64,000 nt of DNA from Octopus sinensis (lineage: Eukaryota): assembly GCF_006345805.1 (NCBI RefSeq), contig NC_043006.1, positions 43,648,001 to 43,712,000 of the forward strand. The letters are read 5' to 3'. Shown one piece after another: positions 12,831 to 23,135 of this stretch. The translations under genes and the position numbers were made by a program. A model generated the notes under the pieces. That model did not search any database. It had not been told where the DNA came from and was given only the letters and a program-made list of their open reading frames with translations. Numbering within the stretch: the first letter of the stretch is position 1; each line of letters begins with the position of its first letter.

Positions 12831-12999
12831 ATCGCTATTAACCACTAACATTGTTTCAGATTCTACCATTTCATGCTAACATGGTTATAGTTGGTGGGGG
12901 GACTCTTAAAAGTAACGGCCCACCCCAATACCTCTCCTTCTCCTCCTCCCTTTTTCCCTAACATATCCCCCCCAACACACATATACATATATATCTGTC

Positions 13000-13434
13000 A
13001 CTTTTTATTATGTCTCTCTCTCCCTCTCTCTTTCTCTCCCCCCTCTCTCTCTCTCTCTTTATAAAACATCACAAGCAATAAGTTGGAGAAGGAACCATAG
13101 CTAAAGTGGTCCATTTCTCTTCTGTCCCAAAATGAAGAGAAGGGGAGTGAGAGAGAGAGAGAGAGAGAAAGAGAGAAGAAACAAAAAAGGAAGAGGCAGC
13201 AGGGTAAGGAGGGAGGGAGGCTACAAAATAGAAAGAAAAAAGGAGAATAAAGGAGAAGGGACAGCAGTGTGAGAAAATGAAATAGATAGGGAAAGAGAGA
13301 GAAAGATAAAGAAAAGAGACAGAGAGACTGAAAGAGATAGAGAGAGAGAGAGACAGAGAGAATGAGAGAAAGAGAGAGAAGCAAAACAGCATTAGAAAGA
13401 ATGTGTCAAACTGATACTTAGACAGATCAAACAT

Positions 13435-13510
<76 letters not shown>

Positions 13511-13760
13511 GGCAAAGAGGGATAGCAAGGCAGAATAAAATAGCATGGATATAAGGAGAGAAAAAAAAAGAGGGAAAAGGAGAATAACTTTCATTGTTGA
13601 AACGTAACACAAAGAAAGGATATACACACACACACACACATACACATATATACATGTTATAAGGAGAGATAGAGAGAAAGAGAGTGAGTAATATGAAAGT
13701 TTATTGAGCAAGAGAGAGAAAGAGGGAAGAAGGGAGGAGATGTCAATGTTAGAAGAAGAG
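13000..13760. repeat. Polypurine/polypyrimidine tract including (GA)n and (GACA)n
   Basis: Long A/G-rich stretch; pure (GA)n then (GACA)n at ~13438-13512. Confidence 0.9.
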
Positions 13761-14255
13761 AAGTAGACAAGCAAACGAGAGTGATTTGACTGGCATTTCA
13801 CCAGAGCAATGCAGCACTGCTCACTGACACAAGACAACAGCATCTATAAGCTGCAGGCCAGATGCACTGGAAGCTGTGATCAGTCACAGTCTATTATTAT
13901 AACCAGAAAGTGCAACATCTCGCCATTCAGATATGTGGCCCTGGCTGCGAGCGAAGCCACAAGGGCCTGTTTTGACTGGAATGAGACCAATTTAGAGATA
14001 ATTCTGCTCTATTGTAAGTCAAAAGGTCTAGCAGAGCAATCCTGAATGTTCACTTCCCGACAAGATCTCAAAATCAATTTCTGACCAACTGTTTAAAACT
14101 AATTTACAAAACCTTCCATTACAGCAGCTAACAAATAGCTAAAGCTACACTTGACTAACATTCCTCTTAAAAGCTTTTGGATGATGCAAGTTAAAGAGAA
14201 GGAGGAAAGAAGTGAGAAGGAGATTTGCTTCTCTATAGCAGCAGCAGCAGTGGTG

Positions 14256-14323
<68 letters not shown>

Positions 14324-14324
<1 letters not shown>

Positions 14325-14830
14325 ATGGTTTTAAATTTTGGTACAAGGCCAGCAGATTTTGGGAGAGGGAAGTCGATTATATCGACCCCAAATCTCAACT
14401 GGCACTTATTTTATCGACTCCAAAAGGACAAAAGACAAAGTCAGCCTTGGCGGAATTTGAACTCAGAACCTGAAGATGAATGAAATGCCACTAAGCATTT
14501 TGCCTAGCATGCTAACGATTCTGTCATTTTGCCATAATAATATTAATAATAATCCTTTCTACTAAAGGCACAAGGCCTGAAATTTGGGGGAGGGGGACCC
14601 AGTCGATTATATCAATTCCAGTACATAACTGGTACTTATTTCACTGACCCCGAAAAGATGAAAAGCAAAGTCGACCTCAGCAGAATTTGAACTCAGAACG
14701 TAAAGACAGATGAAATGCTGCTAAGCATTTTACCTAGTGTACTTACAATTCTGTCAGTTCACCACAATAATGATAATAATAACGATTCTTTCTAATTTGT
14801 GGCACAACGCCAGCAGTTTTGAGAGGAGGG
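14324..14830 (-). mobile_element. Tandem array of SINE family B: two copies plus a third tail stub, next to (GTA)n
   Basis: Copies at ~14324-14533 and ~14552-14765, stub at ~14783-14830, each separated by TAA-rich repeats. Confidence 0.8.
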
Positions 14831-15005
14831 GAAGGCCGGATATGATTGGTTTAAATTCTAAAAGGTTAAGTTTGCACAATGAGTGAAGTTAGATGACGAG
14901 ATAGAAAACAATTACGCAGTTCTATATTTAAGAGATGAGGAATTATGTACATCATTTACATTATTTATATTTGATGGATATTTCTCTTCATCTTGCTTGT
15001 TGTTA

Positions 15006-15049
15006 ACACAACCCTTCGGCTGGTATACCCTCCAGCCTTCATCAGGTGT
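15006..15049 (-). ncRNA. Degenerate minimal type-I hammerhead ribozyme motif, second copy, sense to the msn pre-mRNA
   Basis: Reverse complement ACAC-CTGATGA-A-GGCTG-GAGGGTATAC-CAGCC-GAAG-G-G-T-T-GTGT, two substitutions from GAAAC-GTT. Confidence 0.6.
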
Positions 15050-15136
15050 CTTGGGGAAATTTTGAACCTGGGTTCGCATTCCTAAGGTATTTTTCGATGT
15101 TGTTGTCATTATCATTATTATTATTATTATTATTAC

Positions 15137-15167
<31 letters not shown>

Positions 15168-15299
15168 CAGGTCACTGTCTGGAATCGAACTCAGAATCTT
15201 GGAGTTAGTAGCCCATGCTCTTAACCACGGGCACATGGCGTAGTGGTTAAGAGCGCAGGCTACTAACCCCTAGATTCTGAGTTTGATTCCAGGCAGTGA

Positions 15300-15361
<62 letters not shown>

Positions 15362-15454
15362 GCAATAATAATAATAATAACAACAATGACGACGACGCCG
15401 ACAACATCAAAAAATACCTTAGGAATGAGAACCCAGGTTTGAAATTTCCCCAGG

Positions 15455-15498
15455 ACACCTGATGAAGGCTGGAGGGTATATCAGCCAAAATGTTGTGT
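15455..15498 (+). ncRNA. Degenerate minimal type-I hammerhead ribozyme motif
   Basis: ACAC-CTGATGA-A-GGCTG-GAGGGTATAT-CAGCC-AAAA-T-G-T-T-GTGT. Stems I and II pair perfectly. Canonical GAAAC reads AAAAT, explicable by two CpG deaminations of CCGAAACGTT. Confidence 0.6.
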
Positions 15499-16353
15499 TA
15501 ACAACAAACAAGATGAGGACAAATATCCATCAAATAAATAAAGTAAAACAATAATGGATTTGATGTAGCCAAGGTGGGAGAAGGAATAAATGAAGATAGG
15601 AGTGAGAGTCAAGGCTTATAGTGGACAGAGTTGGACAAGTGGAGGTCATCAATAGTGACGAAGATCCTAAGAAGCTGAAAGAAATCTCAGATGCAATAGC
15701 TGTGAATTCTAGAGCAAGGTGGGACAGTTTAGTGTAAGAGACAAAGCTCTGAGGTGTGTATGGTAACGCTGATACAATTGTTACCATAGAGACTAATCAG
15801 CACTAAATAGATCCAGTGAACTGGACAAAGAGCTGTGTAGGGGTACACACTGACAAAAACGTTGCTGGTGTAACACAGGCCCAGTTTGAGTTATTGTCTT
15901 CTGAGGTTTATAGCATTGTTGCTCCGTCATGGATTTCAGTATATCCACATTCATACACACAAGTCTTGGGTTGACTTGAGGCTATAGCAAAGAGACTTGC
16001 TCAGCATATCATGCAGTGATATCACAAACCTGGAACCTCATGGTGGTAAAGTGAACTTTGTAACCATTCAGCCACCATGCCAGTAAATGTGTGTGCGTAT
16101 GTACATATGTCATTATTCAGTTTATTTCAAGATTTCTTGCCAATAGAGAAAGAACTGGTTTCTAACCTAGATCCAAGGCTTCTTCATTGGAAATCCAACA
16201 TCAACAATAGGGGTATTTTTGTTTGAATGTATGTATGTATGTAATGTATATATGTATGTATGTACAGATTTGTATGTTTTATGTGTGTATTCTCATGCAT
16301 ATTGTTGAATATCCAGACATGTTCACATGTATGTATGTATATATGTATATATA

Positions 16354-16596
16354 CAGGGTGAGTGAAAGTCACAAAGTCAGGCACCAAAACATCTGACATT
16401 TTATTTATATATTATTATTATTATTATCATTATCATTATTGTTGTTGTTATTATTCATTTTGTTCATCATGTACAAGTATGTGTCTATTCATCATTATTT
16501 TATTTATTTTATTCAATTTTAGAAAAATCGAAGCAAGTCTTTGACAATTCCGGAGCGTATTGAACTTATTTTGTGCATGACTTCTGGTCCACCCTG
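16354..16596. mobile_element. Tc1/mariner-like MITE, degenerate
   Basis: TA-CAGGGTGAGTGAAAGTCA at the left end and TGACTTCTGGTC-CACCCTG-TG at the right end: CAGGGTG TIRs, TA on one side. Confidence 0.55.
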
Positions 16597-17551
16597 TGTG
16601 TCTATGTGCGTGTGTGTGTATTATATAGGCGTGTAAACACACACACACACTTGACTGTGTAAAAGCTTTAATATGTCTACCCTGTCTATTTTTATGGCTT
16701 TGCTGTAACTCTATGCAAACTCACTGTATTTATTCTACTTTTATATGCATTTAACATCACATCTTAAATATTTTCTCACATTTTGTTTAAAGCATAATAA
16801 ATCGAAGATATTAAGTGCATTTATTTTTATTTCGCTCCTTTTCATAATTTTTGAAATGTTCTTTTTTTTTTCATTCTTCTTTATTCATATTTTACTGACT
16901 ATTATTATTACTCACTTCACACTCAAGTCACATGAAGGAAGATGAGGTGTTTATAGATATGCTTGTTGCATTACATTCTTCACAACAGTATCTGCTAATT
17001 CTCTCCAGGTTGAGCACTTAGCACTGTTAGTATTTTGTATTGGCAAATTTAAATATTTTTCTTCTATTGTAATGTCTGAAAGTAGAAGACATTCACAAGT
17101 GAACTTGCGCTAACCATCCATCTTATTACACTGGTTCACTCAATTTTAAAAGTTGAAGGAGTTCCTAACTTAGACTATTTACATCAGTGCAGTTTAGAAA
17201 CCAAACAAAAACAGTTTCAGGACCGGTACCGAACTCAAATTTCACAGCATTATTTCTCATAGCAAGAACTAAGTGACTTACTTGACAGGACACCAATCTA
17301 TGTGATATGTTGTCATTCTCCACAAAGACATGATATACATACTGCCAACGGATAGGCAATTTGTGACTGATATTTACTATATTAAATATCCAATCCAAAT
17401 ATGCAAGACATATCTGAAATCAATTCGATGCTATGATCAATCAGCTTGCAGTGTATTGCTTTATTCACTTAACCGTTTTCCTTCTGGAAGTAGCATAGCA
17501 ACCATCATCTGAAAATAAGTATGACTTAGTGGAAGATATCATGATTTCATG

Positions 17552-17865
17552 AAGACACATGTCTTAGTGGTTAGGCTATTCAGCTCACAATCGGAAGGTC
17601 ATGAGTTCAAATCCCAGTGATGCACTGTACCCCTGGCCAAAACACTTTATTTCACGTTGCTCCAGTCCACTCAACTGACAAAAGTGAATTGCACCTGTAA
17701 TTCAAAGGGCCAGCCCTGTCACATTCTGTGTCACACTGAGTCTTCCTGTGAACTACGTTTAGGGTATATGTCTGTGGAGTACTCAGCCACTTGCATGTTC
17801 ATTTCATGAGCACGCTGTTCCATTGATTGGATCAACTGGAACCTCCACCATCATAACTGACAGTT
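17552..17865 (+). mobile_element. tRNA-headed SINE family E
   Basis: TCTTAGTGGTTAG...GAGTTCAAATCCC head, then AACACTTTATTTCACGTTGCTCCAGTCCACTC, which is shared with the partial copy at ~47390-47530. Confidence 0.7.
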
Positions 17866-17890
17866 GTTATCGTGATTTCACTAATTGATT

Positions 17891-18255
17891 TAGGCCCATG
17901 CATGGCTGTGTGGTTCCCAACCATATGGCTCCGGGTTCAGTCCCACTGCATGGCAAGTCTTGTGAGGAGATTTGATAGATAGAAACTGTATGGAAGCCCA
18001 TAGCGTATAAATATGTTTGTGGTTGTGTGTGTCATTCTGCTAGTGTTTGTATACAACCACTGTTTAACAACTGGTGTTGGTGTGTTTACATCCTCATAAT
18101 TTGCAGTTCAGCAAAAGAGACCGATAGAATAAGTACCAGGCATTTAACAAAAAAAAAAAAGGAACCAGGGTCAATTCATTTGACTAAAAAGATTCAAGGT
18201 GGTGCCCCAGCATGGCTGCAGTCTAGTGACAGGAAACAAGTAACAGGTAAAAGAT
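17891..18255 (+). mobile_element. SINE family A, degenerate, antisense to msn, ~80 nt inside the intron after the 18333 donor
   Basis: Matches other family A copies. Confidence 0.75.
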
Positions 18256-18332
18256 AGCAAAATAATAATTAAAAATTATTAAAAAATTAATCAAGACAGT
18301 GGAAATCTGACAAAATACAATGATAGGTTTAC

Positions 18333-18457
18333 CTCTTCCGAAGTGCTTTTGTCTTGTGGTCTCTGAGGCATTGGGGGTGAGCGGGACTGCGGAGGTGTGT
18401 GCGGTGGCAGCAAGTCAGGCAGAACTCCACTGTTATTGTGTCGGGGTGACTGCATTG
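18333..18457 (-). CDS. msn: Internal coding exon of the same kinase, linker region (125 nt, phase 1 to 0)
   Basis: Acceptor ttgcactttcAG, donor GAG|GTAAAC. Translates (A)MQSPRHNNSGVLPDLLPPHTPPQSRSPPMPQRPQDKSTSEE, resembling the VLPDLL...DKxxSEEY linker of insect Msn as I recall it. Joins 1623-1851 in frame. Confidence 0.85.
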
Positions 18458-18643
18458 CTGAAAGTGCAATGATGCATGATGTTATACAATGAGGTTAGAA
18501 ATGGTGCACAAAAAAAGAGAGAGAGAAAGAGTAACATAGAAGCTTCAAATAAAAATTTTGATTAACTGTTTCTAACTCAGAAATAAAGAATATATATATA
18601 TATACATACACATATAATGAAGGAAGAGAACAACAACAATAAC

Positions 18644-19073
18644 TATTATTATTATTATTATAATTATTATTATTATCATCATCATTATTATTATTCATAA
18701 ACACTCAATAGATTAGACTGTTGGAAAAGAAATGAATCCTAACATCAGACTACAAGTAGCCTTGGATACCAGAACCCTCCTATTGGATTACAGCAAGTAA
18801 CCTTAGATGCCAAGAACTCTCCTAAGTATCTTAGCTGTCCCAAATAATACTGTTTTCTGGAGCTGTACTAAACTGGGTTTTATATCTATTTCCTCAATCC
18901 ATCTATTCAGTTCAATGCACCTACAACTACTGGGATACATTTTACTCACACTTTCAATAGTCTGTAATTCAATAGCTAGGTCCTGGTACTTTGCTATTTT
19001 TTCTATACTTCGCATATTAATTTTTCCATCGTTTGGGACTGTAAAGTCAATTATCTGGCACTTTCAATTTTAG
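18644..19073 (-). mobile_element. 3' end of an R4/Dong-like non-LTR retrotransposon: restriction-like endonuclease C-terminus, 3' UTR and (TAA)n tail
   Basis: Reads ..DFTVPNDGKINMRSIEKIAKYQDLAIEL / (frameshift) KCIPVVVGALN / ..LQKTVLFGTAKILRRVLGI*, the typical RLE C-terminal pattern. Ends in TAA repeats. Confidence 0.8.
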
Positions 19074-19074
19074 T

Positions 19075-19622
19075 GACAGAGCAGTGCATGCCATCAAAGT
19101 GACACTAGGGTACAAATATACGAAGTCCAATATACCCATCATGACTCCTGTCTGATAATGGTACACCAGGCACATGCATCACAACCATGTGTGCGATATG
19201 GTGATCTCATATCAAGATAAACAAACAGCACATGACCTTGCAGGTGAAGCCCCATTAGAATTTTCTTCGGGTCACGTAGCTCATCCCATTCGAAACGTCC
19301 CTGAATAAGGCTTGTTTAAGGAATGAAACACCCATGTTTTCATACATGAATTATTCAAACCTCAAAGAGTTCCTCTCAATATATGACTATGATGCTCCCC
19401 ACTACTTCTGCTTGTGATCAGAGATGCACATATCGTCAGCCACTAAGGGACATGCTCAACTGGTTATGGTCAAATAACTGACAAGCAAATCTGTGGTATT
19501 GAGCAGAATATTTGCTGTAGCCCATCTTTTACACAAAGACAAAACAATGTACATGATAACACTTCCAATCATTTAAGATCAGAAGCCATGAGAGCCAGTG
19601 CCTAGTACTGCATCAGGGCATT
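19075..19622 (-). mobile_element. ~550-bp non-coding repeat-like unit abutting the R4/Dong fragment
   Basis: Sharp compositional boundary with TTA repeats at 19622-19670 and direct junction to the RLE fragment. Only one copy in the window, so repeat status is inferred. Confidence 0.45.
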
Positions 19623-19769
19623 TATTATTATAGTAATAATAATAATTATTATTATTATTGTTATTATTTAACCAATATAATTAACTTTCCTCAAACTTGC
19701 TAGCATTATGCCAAATTTAAAAAGAATTTATCATCATCATCATTGCCACAATATATTAAAGTCTTACTA

Positions 19770-19990
19770 TAAATTATCATTATCATTATCATTAACGTCC
19801 AATTTTACATGCTTGCATGGATTGGATGGAATTTCTTAAGACATATCTTCTATGGCAGGATGCCCTCCCTGTTGCAAACATTCACAAGTTTCCAGGTGAG
19901 GCAATATTTCTCCATGACCAGACATGTTTTTTTTCTTTTTTATATGGCAGTTTGGAAACCAAAGACACCACTTGCCTAACAGTGACACTC
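19770..19990 (-). mobile_element. SINE-like family C, degenerate
   Basis: CATTAACGTCCAATTTTACATGCTTGCATGG...CAGGATGCCCTCCCTGTTGCAAAC. Confidence 0.6.
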
Positions 19991-21117
19991 ATTTACAACT
20001 ACCACACACCAGTAAATATGGTAAAATGAAAAACTGTTGCACAAAACAAAGATTTGGCAAGAATGGATCCTCTTGTTTACACACACAAAAACACCGAGAC
20101 ACACACACACACAACACCAAAGCCACTTTATTAATTACAACAAAACAATATACTTTATAGCAGCGCCAGAATGCAGTTCAGCCTTTTTAACTATAATAAG
20201 CAAAGCTTCATCGTTAATGTTGGAGGACAGCTCCATAACTCATAAAAGACACATCATTTACAGGATGGTTAATTAGAAACTTCAACTATTTTATATTAAA
20301 ACGAAACAAAACAAAAAAAAAAAAACGAAGCACAAATACCAACACAAAAACAAGATCAAAGAAAAAACATTACAAAGATAAAGGAAATTAGTGAGGAGGA
20401 AGGGGAGGAGGAGGTGGTTTTAATTAAAGGAGAAGAAATTACCAAAGCATTGATCAGTGAGAGAGGATGACGGGAGTGGAGAGAAATAGAACAACAACAA
20501 CAACAAAAATAGAGCAAACTAGAATGAACAGAACAGAGACAATGTTCTGTTAGAATGTTCCATTGCCACATTGTCAGTTGTTGCCATTTAGAACAGGTGA
20601 ATGCCATACGGAGGGAGGGAGGGTGAGAGGGAAAAGAGCAAAATGATGAAGGGATCAGCAGTTAATGGGAGGTCCAAGGTAATTAGAACTTTTAATAAGC
20701 GTCCAGTAATTGTGATGTAAATAATTAAAAATAGGAGATTAAGGCAGAGGTCAGTGAACTCAATACTTTGCACCCCCATACATGCACACACACACACACG
20801 CACACACGCACACACACACACACACACACAACCCCCCCACACACACACATACACACACATGAAAGAATGACCAGTTTGTTGTGACCCAATGTCAAGGCTA
20901 TCAGGAATAAAGAAATGAAACAGGGATGAGATATTGGAAAATCTTGTACCGATAACAGTTGTAAAGAAAATATTGGGATTTGTGAAGGAGTCCATGGAAA
21001 TACAACTATAGTAATACTGATATGGTGGTAATACAATTGAATTAATATTGGGGCTGTAGTAATACAATAGTATTAATAGTGAGATAGTAGTATTACAATA
21101 GTAACACTAGTATTATA

Positions 21118-21420
21118 TCATCATCATCATTTAATGTCCACTTTCCATGCTAGCATGGGTTGGACAATTTGACCAAGGTCTGGTGAACCAGACTCCAAAC
21201 TGATCTGGCAGAGTTTCTACAGCTGGATGCCCTTCCTAATGCCAACCACTCCAAGAGCGTAGTGGGTGTTTTACATGCCACCAGCATGAGGGCCAGTCAG
21301 GCAGTACTGGCAATGGCCACGCTCAAATGGTGCTTTTTATGTGCCGCCTGCACAGGAGCCAGTCCAGCGGCACTGACAACAACCTCGCTCGAATGTTCTT
21401 TCACATGCCACCAGTACAAT
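21118..21420 (-). mobile_element. SINE-like family C
   Basis: (CAT)n TTAATGTCCACTTTCCATGCTAGCATGGGTTGGAC...CAGCTGGATGCCCTTCCTAATGCCAACCACTCC. Confidence 0.8.
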
Positions 21421-21709
21421 AATATTAATAGTAGTACAACAATAGAAATAGCAGGACTGTGGTAATACAAGAACATTAAAAGTGAAATGGTGGTATTACC
21501 AGAGTATCGACAGTAAGACTGTAGTAATACCATAATAGCAATGGAGGACTGTGGTAATACAAAAGTAGTAATAATGAGACTGGTAATACAGTAGTATTAA
21601 TATTAGAACTGTGGTAATAGTGTTAACAGTGAGACAATGGTATTACCATAATAGTAATAGTGGATTGTCATAATACAATGTTAGTAATATTGGAACAGTG
21701 GTAATAAAG

Positions 21710-22020
21710 GGTAAAGATTAAAGACCCCCTTCAGTCCTGAATGACCATGGGATTGCATCTAGAAAGTTACCCTCCAAGACACAAGTTTGAGTAAGGTTGT
21801 TTATGGAAGACTAGCAGTCGCCCACATATATTAACCATCCATTTCTACACCACTGATGTTATCCAAGGGCTGATACAGCTTGGCATCAGTTACATCGAAA
21901 CTCATTTCTACAGCTGAGTGAACTTGAGCAACGTGAATTAAAGTGTCTTGTTCAAGAACACAGCACACAGCCTAGTCCAGGAATCGAACTCACAAACTCA
22001 TGATTGTGAGCTCAATGCTA
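21710..22020 (-). mobile_element. tRNA-headed SINE family F
   Basis: Right end CAGGAATCGAACTCAC is a reverse B box. AAAGTGTCTTGTTCAAGAACAC is a CORE-like box shared with family E heads. Confidence 0.6.
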
Positions 22021-22469
22021 GGATTGTAATAATGTAGTAGGAGACCTGTAGTAATACTGAGAATATTAATATTAAAACTGTGGTAAAACAATGATTGTAG
22101 GGGTCACTGTAGTATAAGAATATAATGTGATAATAAACTGACAGTAGTGGGACATTGGTAATAACCTAAGAATGGTAATAATATGGCACCAGTAGGAGAA
22201 CTGAGCAAATCTACTTTGGTTGTGGGCAGAGAATACTTCTGAAATGGCAGCAACAAATTATTCTTTCATGATCCCACTAGTACTATGATGTTATAACTCT
22301 AGTCCTGATACATCTATCCTCATATATCAGACAGGGTTTGGTTCCAAAACACACAGTGTTAAATGAATCAGTGATAAAAAGAGCAAATGGGAAAAACAGG
22401 GTTCGCTCCTAAACCCCCAAGATGTCACCCTAACTTGCCCAAATAACACCTCCCAAGCGGATTTTAAAC

Positions 22470-22770
22470 ACATATAGTGATATAATAATGAGCTTATTGT
22501 ATACAGTGCTCAGAAAAAGTAGCCAAAAATGTATGAACAGTACATAGAAAGGGAACAGTGAATAAGTCATTAACAAAAAAAGGGAGGGGCATCAGGTGTA
22601 CTGTTGGTGAATTTCAGGAAGCAGGAAAGTTTCAAAAGATGTAGTGTTCTGACAGCTAACAATTGATGCAGATAGTTTATTCCATGCTTCAGCAATTCTG
22701 AGTGTGAAAAAAAAAAAAAAAAAAAATGTTTCTGAAAATCATGGGTGCTGTGTTTGTTTTTTATGAGTAA
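22470..22770 (-). mobile_element. 3' end of a CR1-like LINE, decayed
   Basis: Minus strand reads ..KHSTHDFQKH(F)n-TLRIAEAWNKLSASIVSCQNTTSFETFLLPEIHQQYT* (stop at 22592-22594), resembling the CR1 ORF2 C-terminal FFxxRVxxxWNxLP..S..FK motif. Confidence 0.6.
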
Positions 22771-22911
22771 TATTGTTTCATGGTTGGAATAATATTTAAA
22801 GTAAAGTTTAATAATATATGATCAGTTTATTATAACAGGAAATAAAAAAAAAAAAAGGCCAAAGAATGTCATTGCCAACCTGTGTTAGCACAGATCCATT
22901 TGTGATAAGAC

Positions 22912-23135
22912 ATCAAGTTGGCAGAAATGTTAGCACACCAGGCGAAATGCTTAGCGATATTTCATCTGCCGCTACGTTCTGAGTTCAAATTCCACCGAAG
23001 TCGACTTTGCCTTTCGTCATTTCAGGGTTGATTGAATAAGTACCAGTTACGCACTGGGGTCGATATAATCGACTTAATCCTTTTATTTGTCCCCTCTGTG
23101 TGTGGCCCCTTGTGGGCAGTAAAGAAATAAGATCC
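22912..23135 (+). mobile_element. SINE family B head and body with a different 3' tail
   Basis: TTGGCAGAAATGTTAGCACACCAGGCGAAATGCTTAGCG...TTCTGAGTTCAAATTCC, then CTTAATCCTTTTATTTGTCCCCTCTG. Confidence 0.8.

Larger units (their letters stand above)
14913..15544. mobile_element. Head-to-head dimer of a tRNA-headed SINE (family G) with a hammerhead-like 3' tail
   Basis: Minus copy 14913-15228 and plus copy 15229-15544, about 90% identical by hand count. A box TGGCGTAGTGG, B box GAGTTCGATTCC, internal (TAA)n. AAAACAAT direct repeat at 14905-14912 and 15545-15552. Confidence 0.85.
21000..22200. repeat. Degenerate ~30-bp minisatellite (ACTGTGGTAATACAATAGTAGTAATAGTGAG-like) interrupted by two SINEs
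   Basis: Recurring (C/G)TG(T/G)(A/G)GTAATAC units at ~21000-21110, 21420-21710 and 22020-22200. Confidence 0.6.

Noticed and set aside
12041-12870. Overlapping 164-198 aa ORFs on both strands, including a protein-like SSPSQYNHFSPN...MNSKPGS stretch
   Set aside because: Dominated by trinucleotide repeats. No convincing splice-site pair in msn phase and no recognisable domain.
15229-15295. tRNA-like sequences here and at 48550-48618, 850-919, 17552-17615 and 53906-53965
   Set aside because: These are SINE heads with A/B boxes but no intact cloverleaf or acceptor stem, so not tRNA genes.
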